A stretch of 64,000 nt of DNA from Chrysomallon squamiferum (lineage: Eukaryota; Animalia; Mollusca), in NCBI GenBank assembly GCA_012295275.1, contig CM022671.1, positions 25,110,001 through 25,174,000 on the forward strand, given 5' to 3'. Under the pieces are notes generated by a model. The model was not told the DNA's origin, searched no databases, and worked only from the letters and a program-made list of their open reading frames with translations. This document shows positions 39,620 through 52,309 of this stretch, piece after piece. Numbering within the stretch: position 1 is the first letter of the stretch; every line of letters starts with the position of its first letter. The translations under genes were made by a program, and so were the position numbers.

Positions 39620-42600
39620 TCATGAAGCACTTTTTACAGTTCTCACCAGTCCTTTCAAAATGGAGATTGAAGAACTTCTGTATCCTCCCCCAAAGTGATT
39701 CCTGAAAAAAAATTACAGATTATAAGCTTGCTTTTTTGTCCTGTTCAACCATACTAGAGTGATGTCAGATATTAAATGAAAAATGAATATCAAAGAACAA
39801 ATAAAGTATGTTGCAGCATGCTTATACTAAATTAGAACGCAAATACTTACTGGATAAAGGAATGTTTAATTATTAATTTTAATAGTAAAAATAAGAAAAT
39901 AAGAAAACAATTTTTTAAAAATCATTTTATAATGTTGTTCATGAATGTTTTGATGTTTAGGTATGCATCTTTTATTGTTGTTATCTGTATATGTATTTTC
40001 TTTTCTTTTGTTTTTTCTCTCTCTTGAGAATGGTAATTTCTGTTCAGTAGTTTAATTCTATTTATTTATTTTGAATAATTTCTGTTATTAAAATTTGTCC
40101 CTGAGCTGTTATTTTTTTAAATTTTGTATCTGCTATTGTTGATTATTTTTAGTTATTAGTTTTCTGGAAGGGTTTTATTGTTGTTTTCAAATACCGTTTT
40201 TTTTGGGGGGGTGCTATATATATATATATATAAATTCTTTTTTACTTCATGTTTTTGCCACATTTCAAATTTACAAGAAGAAAGTAAAATATTATTTCTT
40301 ACCAGTGGTTCATGTAATGAAAGAGCTGATAAAGCTCTTTTCTTGATTCATAGCCTGGTGATTTGGGAATCACCTGGAAATAGGCTTTGTAGAAGGCTGG
40401 ACTGAATCCTCCAAAAATGCCTGCTATTGCCAAATCATATTCTGAATGTCCATAAAAACTTGCTGGGTCATAGATAACTGTGGAAAAAAATATACATATA
40501 ATATGAGCTGTATTTAAAATAATGTTATAATTATTTCTGGAAAATGATGATACATGCATGTATTTGGCTGTCATTATTTTTATGTTTATATTGTTATATT
40601 TGAACACTTATTTGATGATATATTTCAACAATTTTTACTATTAATCATTTAATCATTAAAACTAAATGTTGTTATTAAAGCTGAAACCCACAGCTGTCAA
40701 TGAGCTATTCTTATTAATTAGCAGAAGGGAATTATTTTTATACCAACCTTCCCCTAGGTAGGAAGATACGTAGCACAGCCTTTAATAAACTAGTTGAGGG
40801 AACAGGAAATATAGCCCAGAGACCTACTGAGAACATTTGATCCTGCTATCTATTCTACAATTCTTAAAAGCATAGGAATAAAACTTCATTATCCCTATAC
40901 ACAGTTGCATATATGTGCACATGCAGACAGACAGACACACATCATACCAGGGCCTGATGAATCAGCTGAAACATTCCCAGACCACAGATCTCCATGAAGT
41001 AAAGCAGGTTTAACGTTAACATCTTTAAACAGTGTGTCTAGTTTTGGCACAACCTGCGACCACAAACTGCTGGCTTCCCTATCACCTTTCAGATACTCTA
41101 ACTGCTGATCAATCTTTCTAGCATAGAATGTTACCCAGTCGTCTCTCCATGTGTTATCCTGGGGGTAGTAACCACAGCATGTCTCCACATCAAAGCCAAA
41201 TTTATCAACAAACTTTGTGTCCTGTGATCCTTTGTGAACAGAGTTGTCTTTCTTTTTAAGTTCTTCACCAAGCTTCTCGTTCTTCAGATGAAGTCTGCAT
41301 GAAAATGTTAAAAAATAAAAAAGAATAATTTAACAAGAAGATCTAATGTGATGATAGTTAGTTGAATTATTTTTCTCATGAAACAGCCAAAAATATTGAT
41401 GATGTTAGCTTTCCAGCTATATTATTATTATTTTTTTTTTTTTATTAATTGTATTTAGACGAAAATGAAATAGCTTATTTTACATGACACCTTTTTAAAC
41501 ATCAGTTAAACCATATATAACAAAATGCTGATACCACATTATTTGATAAACCAGTTGTGGAATAATAGTTGGAACAGCTAACTGGCATCGTCAGAAGGAT
41601 AAACTGCATAATTCATCTCATCTAAGTCTTGTTTTCTAATCACTGAAACACTTGCACCTTCCCCTAACATTAGCCTATATTAAGATAGAGAGATATTGAT
41701 GTCTTATCAAAAACAGGATGAACAAATAATAAGAATCTCACTTCTTACTTAATTATCCAAAACCCATACAATAAACAATCTGACTAATGTCAAGTCAAAA
41801 CAAAAACAAATTTTAAATATTTTAAGAAATTAAATGTTTATTGGGATTTTCTACAATAAGTTGAATAAATATAAACCTTAAGTACTAAAATTTATATTAA
41901 TTTTGTTTGCAACTGAATTAACAAGTTATAAAATGTTAAAAATATACTTGAATGGTCTTGAAACAGTTAACTCAAAATAAAAGAAAAAAGAAATAATGAC
42001 TGTTATCACCATTCTTTTTTTTTTTTTTTTTTATCCTTCACCATGCTGTCTTCAAAATAATATAAAATTAAATCTTGTAATTACTATTAGGTCATTTAAA
42101 AACAAATATCTTTGCATGTGTGCATTAATGTGTGTATGTATATACAGGCAAACGCTTGTGTCTCTGAATGTGTGCATGTGTGTTTGTCTGTATGAACATT
42201 TACCTTGTTCTTCCATTATTTTAAAACACTGACTTACTGGTTAAGACTGTCATCCTAAATATACACAATTAACCTCTAAACTGACCTTGCTAACTGCTGG
42301 CCCAGAACAGAAGAATATTTAGAAACACTGCCTCTCAAGTCTAGGTATTCCATTGCAATTGCAGCTCCACCACCTGGTAAATTGAAAACCTTCCAAAAAA
42401 GAAAAAAATAATAAAAATAAAATATCCACTAGGGTATAATGGAATATATATAAATTTGATTTTTATGTTTTTAATTATCAAATATAAAAAGCAGTTACAA
42501 AAACAAGAAACAGTAGATAGAGAATAACAGAAATAAAAAAAATTTAACTAACAACATGTGAAATGTGTATTTCTGAAAAAATGAAATATCTGTTATATCC

Positions 42601-42701
42601 AAAAGAAAAGTATTGTGATTTATTTAATTGTGATCTGTAATTATATATCCAAATTCACAAAATAAATCAGTAAGTATATCTACCTAGCTACCTACCTACC
42701 C

Positions 42702-42788
<87 letters not shown>

Positions 42789-43509
42789 AATATCTATATA
42801 CCTACCTACCTATCTATCTATCTTTTTCTCTATCTTTATCTACATCTATTTCTGATTTTCTTACCTTCACTGGTTTGGGAACTTTTACTTCATTAGCTGT
42901 ATAAAGTGCCTCCAAACTTGCAGCTTCTCCGTCAAACATTAGCCGAGCCTTGGAAAATAATTTAAATATTCAAAATGCACACCATCAAATTGTTTTTAAA
43001 GCAAAAAATAATAACAAGAATAACAAGAATAAGAATAAGAAGAAGAAGAAGAAGAAGAAGAAAATAAATAAATTAGTTAAATAAAATCAAATCAAATGAA
43101 ACAGAATCTAGTGATAAATTTTGAAAATTTGAATAATTTAACACTGCTCCTTGATAATTTGTGGGTCTCAAACTGACTTTTTATTCAAATTTTATTTTAT
43201 CATTTATTTATTTATTTTATTTTCATTTGTTTGGGTTTTTTTTTTTTTTTTTTTTATATTATTATTATTATTTAATAATAATAATAACAGCTAAAAAAGT
43301 TAAATTATACAAATACATATTAAATAAATAAATAAATATAATTTTGAAAGTACAAATGTTATTACCTTTGATTCAGTGTTGACTTTAATAAAAACTCTGC
43401 CATGATCAGTTTCATAACCAGACCCCTGACTGATACAGCCAGAACCTCCTCCACCAAATGCTGTCAACGTTTTGGTATTTAGTTCTATCTTTAACAGTTC
43501 TTCATCCAT
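39620..43509 (-). CDS. FN3KRP: Ketosamine-3-kinase / fructosamine-3-kinase family, 311 aa
   Basis: Exons 43366-43509, 42865-42948, 42286-42389, 40948-41294, 40303-40477 and 39620-39701 (936 nt). Motifs [62 protein letters not shown] and [18 protein letters not shown] probable non-coding first exon ends near 43983. Confidence 0.95.
40660..40860. mobile_element. Decayed copy of an interspersed SINE-like repeat; related fragments at about 29840-30060, 41460-41660, 62140-62420 and, reversed, 15690-15860
   Basis: The fragments share ordered blocks (gagagaaaacc..., ctatt...attagcag.aagg, tcc...gacagga, ccttt.ataaac.agt). This resembles, from memory, an abundant gastropod SINE family; not verified by search. 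Confidence 0.4.
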
Positions 43510-43982
43510 CTCATTTCATTAGTTAATTCCTGAATTAACATTAAGAATGCATTAGAAATAAAAACATTGATTTCTGAAAGCATTGAGTGATATTTTTGTT
43601 ACTGAAAAGGAAATTAAAGTATGTCACCTAAAAACAATTCATAATAAATATTAAGTATATAATAGATCTTTACAACTCTATTATCTATATAGATTATGTT
43701 AAATTATTCTATATTTAAACCCAATCATGTTGTCATTTGCATCATTTAAGTCTTGTTGAATAATAATTTATGTTTTGTCTGTACTTTGAGCTTAGATAAT
43801 ATGGACATAAGAAATAATTTAAAATTAACCTGAGAATGATAAATAAATCAAATCAACAGCTCTTTAAATTCTGAAACGGTGGCACTGCTGGTGCACACAT
43901 ACGGATAACATTATTCGAAGCATAGGAATACTGACTGTTCATATAGTTATGTGTTATGTTTTTTTAAATGTAAAGCAATAAC

Positions 43983-44500
43983 CTGAACGCAGTATGATTT
44001 GTATTGCGGCATAAAATGAAATAACATTCATCGAGACGAAATAGTAATATCGTTCACTTCTTTTCGCTGTGCCTTGACATTTTTCTCTTGGTCTTCGAAA
44101 GGATTGAAAATAGGTCTACACCGGTAAAGTTTGTAGGTAGGTGCGCGCGTGCGTATGTGTGTATTCGTGCGTGCGTGGCCATGAAACTATTTAAGAAATC
44201 AGTAATTCTAAATGTTGTGTTCGGTTAATCGTATAACTTAAGGAAGAATGTAGGTGTATCATAAAAGAACATGCTAATAGTGTGAATTGTTCACATGTAA
44301 TTCTTTTTGCTTTATATTGTGCGAGGTTTTAAGTTTTTTAATTAAATTTTACAAAGTATATTTAATATTTATTTCATTTCATTTCATTTACCTGATCAAC
44401 ATAATAACCAGAGTGAAAACCATTTTAGACAATTAACTAAAACAACGGCATAGCTTTATTGTGGTTATTAATTGGCCCTACACCGGTAGTCAGAATCAAA
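43983..44500. promoter_or_regulatory. Bidirectional promoter between FN3KRP and SETD6
   Basis: Head-to-head genes with a local CpG-rich patch in CpG-poor surroundings. Contains an NRF1-like GTGCGCGCGTGCG (about 44141) and a duplicated CTACACCGGTA (44116, 44478). Confidence 0.7.
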
Positions 44501-47500
44501 ATGGAAAATGGAACAGGCAAGCATCAACTTAAAAGAGAAGAAATGCATGGCGATTGTCCCACTAAAGTATCAACAAAAGATGTGGATGATTCTCTTCTCG
44601 AGAAATTCCTCGCCTGGTGTGAAAACAGTAAATTTGGTATTATTGACAAGGTACTGAAATCCAAAGTTTTATGATTCCTGTTTGGGTTCATTTTTGGTGG
44701 AACAATGTAATCACAGTAATATTGACGTTTTGGGCGGATTTTTAAAGAAATGTTTTAATTGATAGTTTAATGTTCACTTTTTATGACAGTATTGTTTGAA
44801 AACCTTTATTGTAGCATTTAGTCATAAATTATATCATTATCTGTTCAAGTTGAGTAAAAGTTTGTTTTGTTTTTAAGACCTGGTTTAAAATCAAATCTTG
44901 ATCTATGCTAATGCTAGTGATACTGATAGTGATAAAGGCAAAGCTGTACCATACTTAGACTAGAACTTTTTTTTTTTTTTTTTTTTTATGTTATTAAAGA
45001 ATTTGGTACATATGAAAACCATCTTTCAGAAAAAACCAAATAAAAGAAATTTAAGATGATCATAAAATTTCTTAATAATGCTTTAATATAGCATAACTTC
45101 TAAAACTGAAAAATAAAGTAAAATATTTAAAATGTATTTATTTATTATTATTATTTTATTTTATTTTATTTTTTTTTTTTTTTGTGGTTTAATCAATTAA
45201 TGTTTTATTTATTATTTTATTTATTTATGTTTTTATTTTACATAAATAACTATTACTCTTATTATTATTATTTAAAATACATGATTACATTGTAGGTTAA
45301 AATCAGCAAGCAGGGTTCCTGTGCTCAGTATGGGATGATTGCTGTAGACAATATTGATGAGGGAACAGTGTTGTTTAAAATCCCACGACCCAATCTACTG
45401 TGTCCTGATACTAGTGGTATTGCAGAGCTACTCAAAAAAGGTATGTTGGTATGTACGTGTTTGAGTGTGTGTGTTGGTATGTACGTGTGTGTGTTTGTGT
45501 GTGTGTGAGTGTGTGTGTAAACAGTTTCCTAGAGTTTTGTTAACAATAAAATATTATCAGTACCACTTTTTTAAAAAGAATTTAAATTTTATTTATTTAA
45601 TAAAATAAATAAATGTCAGAAGAGAATATCTTCAGAACATAAGTAAATACTGCTTATATGTAAATATAATCAAAATAAAATTGTATTACATTTATTTTGT
45701 TTTTTGGGGGGGTTATAGTTGACCTTACTTTTTTATTTTATTCTTTCTTCTTTATTTTTTTTTTTTTTTATTATTATTTTTATTTTTATTTTATTTTATT
45801 TTTTTTTTTTTCAATCTATTGGGAATGTTAACTTGACTAAACTGATATATTGACTTTATAATAGCTTTTTAATTATATTCATGATAACCCACATTAGCTG
45901 AATAAGAATGATATGTTTAATTTGAAATTAAATATACTTTGTACTACTTCAGAGTCAAATGATCTTCAGAGTACAAGTGGATGGGTTCCTCTTTTATTGG
46001 CTCTGTTGTTTGAATACAACAATCCACAATCAAAATGGAGGCCATATTTAGATCTCATCCCAGATTTCAAGGAACTTGATTTACCTATGTTCTGGCCATT
46101 GTAAGTTGTATCAAAAGTGTAAAATAATTATATTCTGTTAAAAAAGAATTTGAATCAATCAACTAGAAATATTGGGCAGTCTTGTATAATACTGTTCCAG
46201 AATATTATTTTGGGATAGAAAGTTCCTGTTACATTGATATATTTCAGAAAAAATGAACTCCATTGCCACAAATCTATACAAAAAATAGAATAAATAATGG
46301 AACAGTAACTTAATATGTGTAAACCTTTGTTGAAGTGTTACCAATCATGACTACTCGTCTAGTGATAATTATTTTAAACTGGAAATACTTTGAGATATTT
46401 TGTTTGTAATAAATGATTTTTTAATGTAATCCAAAATAATCTATTCACTTTTATATATATATATATATGTTTTGAATTTTTAAATATTATTTTTTTATTT
46501 CTCATAATATATACTTTAATGTAAACAAATTACAGGTCAGACAGAGAGAATCTGCTGTGTGGTACTGGTGTCCAGGAATCAGTGGACAGAGACATGGCAA
46601 ATCTCACTAAAGAGTTCAACACATGTGTTTTACCTTTTGTCAGAAAACACCAGCAAGTTTTCAGGTACTGTCACTTTGTATATTTAGAGTACCTTCATTC
46701 TCCCTTTTTCCTTCATTTATATATATATATATATACTTTTTACTTCTTTCTTTTTGTTGTTTTTTTTTTTTTTTTTAAAAATAAGTATAGCCTTAATTTA
46801 CACATTTTTAACATCACTTTTTAAAAATAAAAAAATGTGTTATATTTCTGTTTTGTGATTTTGTTTTGTTTTCATTATTCTTATATGCACATTATTTTTA
46901 TTCCATTTGATAAAGTTTGTTTGTTTTTGTTGTTTTTGTGTAGATATATAGATAGAGAGATATTTTGTTGTAAAAATTAATATATATTATATTGTTTGCA
47001 CTAAAGATTTAATTTATTAATGTTTTTTACTTGGTATATTCCTCATTTTTAGTGCTGCCTGCCAGGATATAGAATTCTACAAAAAGATGGTTGCTTTTGT
47101 AATGGCCTACAGTTTTACTGAACCAGTAAATGAAGACAATGTGGATGATGATGATGTTGATACTGTAATCTCTCCACCCATGATGGCCCCTGTTGCCGAC
47201 ATTTTGAACCATGTTTCAAAAAACAACGCACGTCTTGCTTTTGATAAAGACTGTTTGAAAATGATCACTACAAGAAATATTGTTAAGGTGTTAAGTTTAT
47301 CCATTCATGAATTAATTAAATGTTATAAGCTTTTACTGGATGTTTTGCTTTGTTGATTTCAGTTTGCTATGTTGTTATCTCAATTTAACACAAATTAATG
47401 AAATATATTAATGTAATTTTTTCAATTCATTTTTTTTTTTTTCCTCTTATTGTTTTTTCATTCTTTCAAGTAATGTTATATAAAATTATAATTTTGTATT

Positions 47501-49856
47501 TATAAATGTTCAGATTAAGTATTGTTTTTAAATATATAATTTATTTAACAGGATGAAGAAATCTTCAATACTTACGGACAAGTTTCAAATTGTCACCTGT
47601 TACATATGTATGGTTTTGCAGAAGTATATCCAAACAACCTGTATGAAACGGTAACTAGTTGTGTATTCCATTGATGTATTATTTGAATTTGTTTAATAAA
47701 ATGTATTAAAATATTATTCATAACTTAATGAAAATTATTAAAATAATTATATCATGAAGCAGCTGAATTCAAATGACAAAGTTGAAGAAATGTAAGTGTT
47801 CAAAAAAAAAGTTTATATTTGTTTTTTAATAGATAAATGTGCATATTTTCAGTTTTAATGGAATAATTGTAGATTTCTTCAACTCACTTACTTATTAACT
47901 TTCAGGGAACATAAATGATGATATGTTTTAAAAGTTCTTACCATCTTGCTAGTACTTTCAGTTTTATATTTTCTTTTCAGTTAATTAAATTTCTCTTTAT
48001 TTAAAACAGGTTGATATTCCTATGAAAATGGTTTTTGAGGCAGCAAAAAGTTTACAACACAATAATGACAGTTTACTACAAGACAAATGGCAGTTCCTAC
48101 AAGCTATGGTAATATCACAATGTACATACTGATACAACAGAAAAAAAATAAGTTTTTTTTTAGAATTTCAAGAGGTTTTACTTTTTTGATATTTATTTCT
48201 CAGGTTAACAGATCTTTATCAGTTTCTCACATTTAGTCCTCATAGTAAATCATTCAGCTGTAGCATGTATCTAGTTTTGTCATTATTATATGTATATACA
48301 TATATTTAATAATAGAAAAGATAAATGAAGGACTTAGAATACAGATGAATTCATGAACATTTTTCTGTATCAATATGATTATTTCCAGGACCTTTCCTCA
48401 GATGATGTGTTTGTTGTTGGAATGGATGGCATCCTCACAGAAGATGAGATGTTTAACACCCTCAAAGTATGTATAATATAGATTGTTAAATAATTACTGT
48501 TCTTGTAAATTAATTATATGTTGTCACTGAGAAAAAAAGTAGGTATTGGCAGAGAAAACGAGCAGTTTCCTGTTACTTTTTGTATTTATTTTTTATTTAT
48601 TTATTTATTTATTTTTGTTTAGTATGCAAAATTATGTAAGTTGTGCATAATTATTACAGTATTTAAATTGTTATGACATAACAGTGGGCCCATTGATTAT
48701 GTCTTTTAACTTGCAGAAAAATAGGAAACATAATTGGTATTTCTGTTTAGATGTGATGATCCATATCATCTTTGAATGCATCCTAAAGATTCATAATAAA
48801 AGTTTCTTGAGACTGATGATGTCTTCTCACTTGTACAATTATTGTTATATTTTTTCTTTTCATTATTTTACAGTTCATTATAAATTTCCTTTAAAAGGAA
48901 ATTGAACCAAATTATCATGATTTTGATATTGTACATATCTGCTGATTTTTATTTAGTTTTTAATATACATTGTGTATTTTTATCTAAAAAAAATAATAAT
49001 ACTTTTTTTTTTTCCTCTAGGTTTTGGTGATGACAGAAGAAAAGTTCAAGGATCACAAAGAGAAAGAGGGTTGGAGTGATGCAGACAGCAATGACAGTGA
49101 AGATGAATCCCTTGGATTTGGTATGTCATTAATATACAATGAATTACTTATTACTTTTTAGGGATATCAATATATATTACAATATTCATTTTCACTATTA
49201 ATTTACTTTTAATATGGCCAGTGAAATAATGTTTATATTATTTATTTATTTTTGTAAACTTCATGTAAAGTTTTTAAGTATCAGGATATTTTGCTTTAAC
49301 TATTTATTTGATATAATGATGGACATATTAATAATACTTGCTTACTGATACTTATTATTGTAGTTACTTTGTTTTGCAAAAAGTTACATTCTTTTTACAG
49401 ATAAAATGGCAAATCTTCCAGATGACTGGAAACTGGTTCTTGCAAGGTAATTTGATATTTTTATCTTAAAATACATAGATAGAAAATATTGCTGTTTCTT
49501 CAGTTTTATTAAAGAATAATTGATTTAAAATTACCAGTGTATGGTTTTAATTTTTTTTTTTTTTTTCAAAATTCAATTATTTCAGTTTGTTTAGCATTTT
49601 GCTTGTGAAGAAAAAGTATTTAAAATAGACTGATGTTAAAAAATACATCATAGCAAGTGCTTTGTATCATTTCATACTTTATATTATTAGTTGTGCCAAA
49701 GCCAGTTTGACCAGATATAAAACCAGCCTTGCTGAAGATGAAGAAACTGTTTCTTCAGGCAAACTCAGAGATCTTCCTAGAAGACATAGATTTTCTTTTC
49801 TCACTTCTTACAGTCAAAAGAAACTGCTGCAGAAAATTATCGAATCGTGTAGATGA
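44501..49856 (+). CDS. SETD6: N-lysine methyltransferase SETD6, 464 aa
   Basis: 11 exons: 44501-44650, 45296-45440, 45953-46100, 46536-46664, 47053-47287, 47552-47650, 48010-48108, 48389-48466, 49021-49120, 49401-49446 and 49691-49856 (1395 nt). Motifs [48 protein letters not shown] and [29 protein letters not shown] at 49873. Confidence 0.95.
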
Positions 49857-52309
49857 CACTCAAGAAACAACCAATAAACATTTTTTTTTCTAAACATTTG
49901 GTCAGTTTTCATTTTTGCAATGGAGTGTTATTGATTTATTGGGGTTGCCTACATGAAGACTTCCTTTTTTTTACTGTCAGATTTGGAATCAAAGCTACTA
50001 GAAAGATAAATATATAAAGCAAAGCAAAAAAAAAAAAAAAAAATGAAATTTGAAAATGAAATGTTTATATATCTGTAAAAAGTAACATTTCAAATTAGTA
50101 TTCAACTCAGTAGGCTTTGCCAGGCTCCCCTTTTCATCATTTATTATTAAAATTAACTCAAAAATCATTTTTTTTCTGAAACTATTAAAAAACAAAAAGG
50201 ATGTTAATTTTTAAACATTTTAATCGTTTCATAATTTTACATATTCAACATCAAACAATATACAGAACAGAGAACAGATTTCCTATCCCAAATTAAACAT
50301 TTGCAAATCAACGTGTTAAAAGCTTCTCTTTTTTTTTTCTATAAATCTGATATTCAGTTCATGTATATACTAGAGGTTTAATAAATAAGTAATAAATATG
50401 CAAAATAATCTCAGAAATGATGCATATCTCAGTGAAATTACTGAGGAAAAGCATGATCAGACATTCCATAAAAAAATCAATTGCAAAAAAGTTCTGCATG
50501 ATTCATTTCACTTCAAACAATCATAAATGCTATCATGGGTTCCATTCACAATTTTGTTCTTAATGCCACTGTTTAATTTAAATTGTTTTCCAACATACTT
50601 ATGCTTTAACATGAAAGAATAAAGCCGTATATGCTCAAATTATAGCCATTATTTGAAACGTAACATGCAATTAAACAGACAAATTTTTAGATATTCAAGA
50701 TAAATCTGTAATAAGCTGCTTTGATTATCAAAACGGTTGTAATTTATGTAATTTTCAACCAATTAAATAAACATTAAAATATTTCAGAACAAAAGATATG
50801 CAGCAGACAAAAAAAAAAATCATTGACTAGTATCAGCATTTGAAATAGATAGTTTAATCTTGAATGAAAAAAGCAGCAAAGTTTCATAATATAAATCCAA
50901 AACATGCACTGATCCTGCTTAAGTTTTAAAATAATCTGTTGACAATTTCCTCAATTAAAATAAGACCTCTGCTTTGAAAGCACAAAATTAAAATCACCTT
51001 TTAATAAAAAACCATCATTTACAATTTGATGTCTATCACCAACATTTGAATCTCAATATAACAAACCTATTATAATTTTTGTTTCTGATGATGCCAATAT
51101 ACAAAAATATCACTATCTCAAAATGTTTTCTGATTACTTTAACATTCTTGTATCAAATGATATATCTTACAATAAATTACATTATAAATAAGTAGTCACC
51201 TTATGTAATTAGCACTACTAGATGATCAAGTTTCAAATTAAAAAATGGGTATCAGACAACTGTAATATCAAATGGTAAAATTTTGTTAATCTTACCAGCT
51301 TTTAAAGTAGAAAGAAAAAGAAATTCTGTCTTTGGATAAAATATATAAATTTCATAAAAATAACACTTTAATATGGTGGTATAAGTGGTTTTAGAAATGT
51401 GGATATAATCACAAAATGTCATTAAATATATTTTTAAAAAAACCTACTCATTCTCAGTTTAAATGTGCATTTTCTCTGCTTAAGGAAGCATTAAGAAAAT
51501 ATAAAAATCTGATTAAAAAGATAATATTTATGACAAAGAATCATTTCTGAAATTTGAAAATACAAAATAACAGAATTCATTTGAGATGTCTTTTCTTTCC
51601 CCCAGTAACATCTTTTGAAATGTAAAATAAAAATTAGTGCAATATTTTGTTGAAAAGTACAAACTTTCATTCAGTTTCTGAATTAATTAATCAGATGATT
51701 CATATGGTGACTGGCAAATGTATTACAATAGCACAGAATGTAAATATCACAACATAACACTGTGGGAAGACAACTTGGGCTGTTGCCAAAAATAGGTAAA
51801 AAGCATACAATTGTGTAACTAACAAAACTTTCTCTTTATACAGCACTGAAACTCACGTTTCAGTGAAAAATTTAATATTAGTAAAATTCTGAATATCATT
51901 TAGGAAATAACCTAATACTGAGTTTGTTAAAAAGAATACAATCAGCTGAATTTTTTTTATGTTAACGGAATTTTTTTTTAGTAATATATTTTTAATGCAC
52001 TGCTTCTATTAATTCAAGGTCTTCTTTTTGCCAAAAACATTAAATGTAATACATTTCCTCAGTTAAAGCCAAGTTTATTTCTTTTTGTGTGCTGTTCTTG
52101 TTGTTATAAAATTGTGATGGTTCTCTTTCTTGGCACATTTAACACACACATCAAACTTTCAATACTTCACAACAATTACTGCTGTTCTGTCATTGCCACC
52201 AGATTAGATTAAACTGCTGGATGAAAACACTTGTCACAGATTATGATGGATTAGCACATGGGGCACAATGTAACCACAGATTCGTTTAAAAACCACACTT
52301 ATCAACTTT

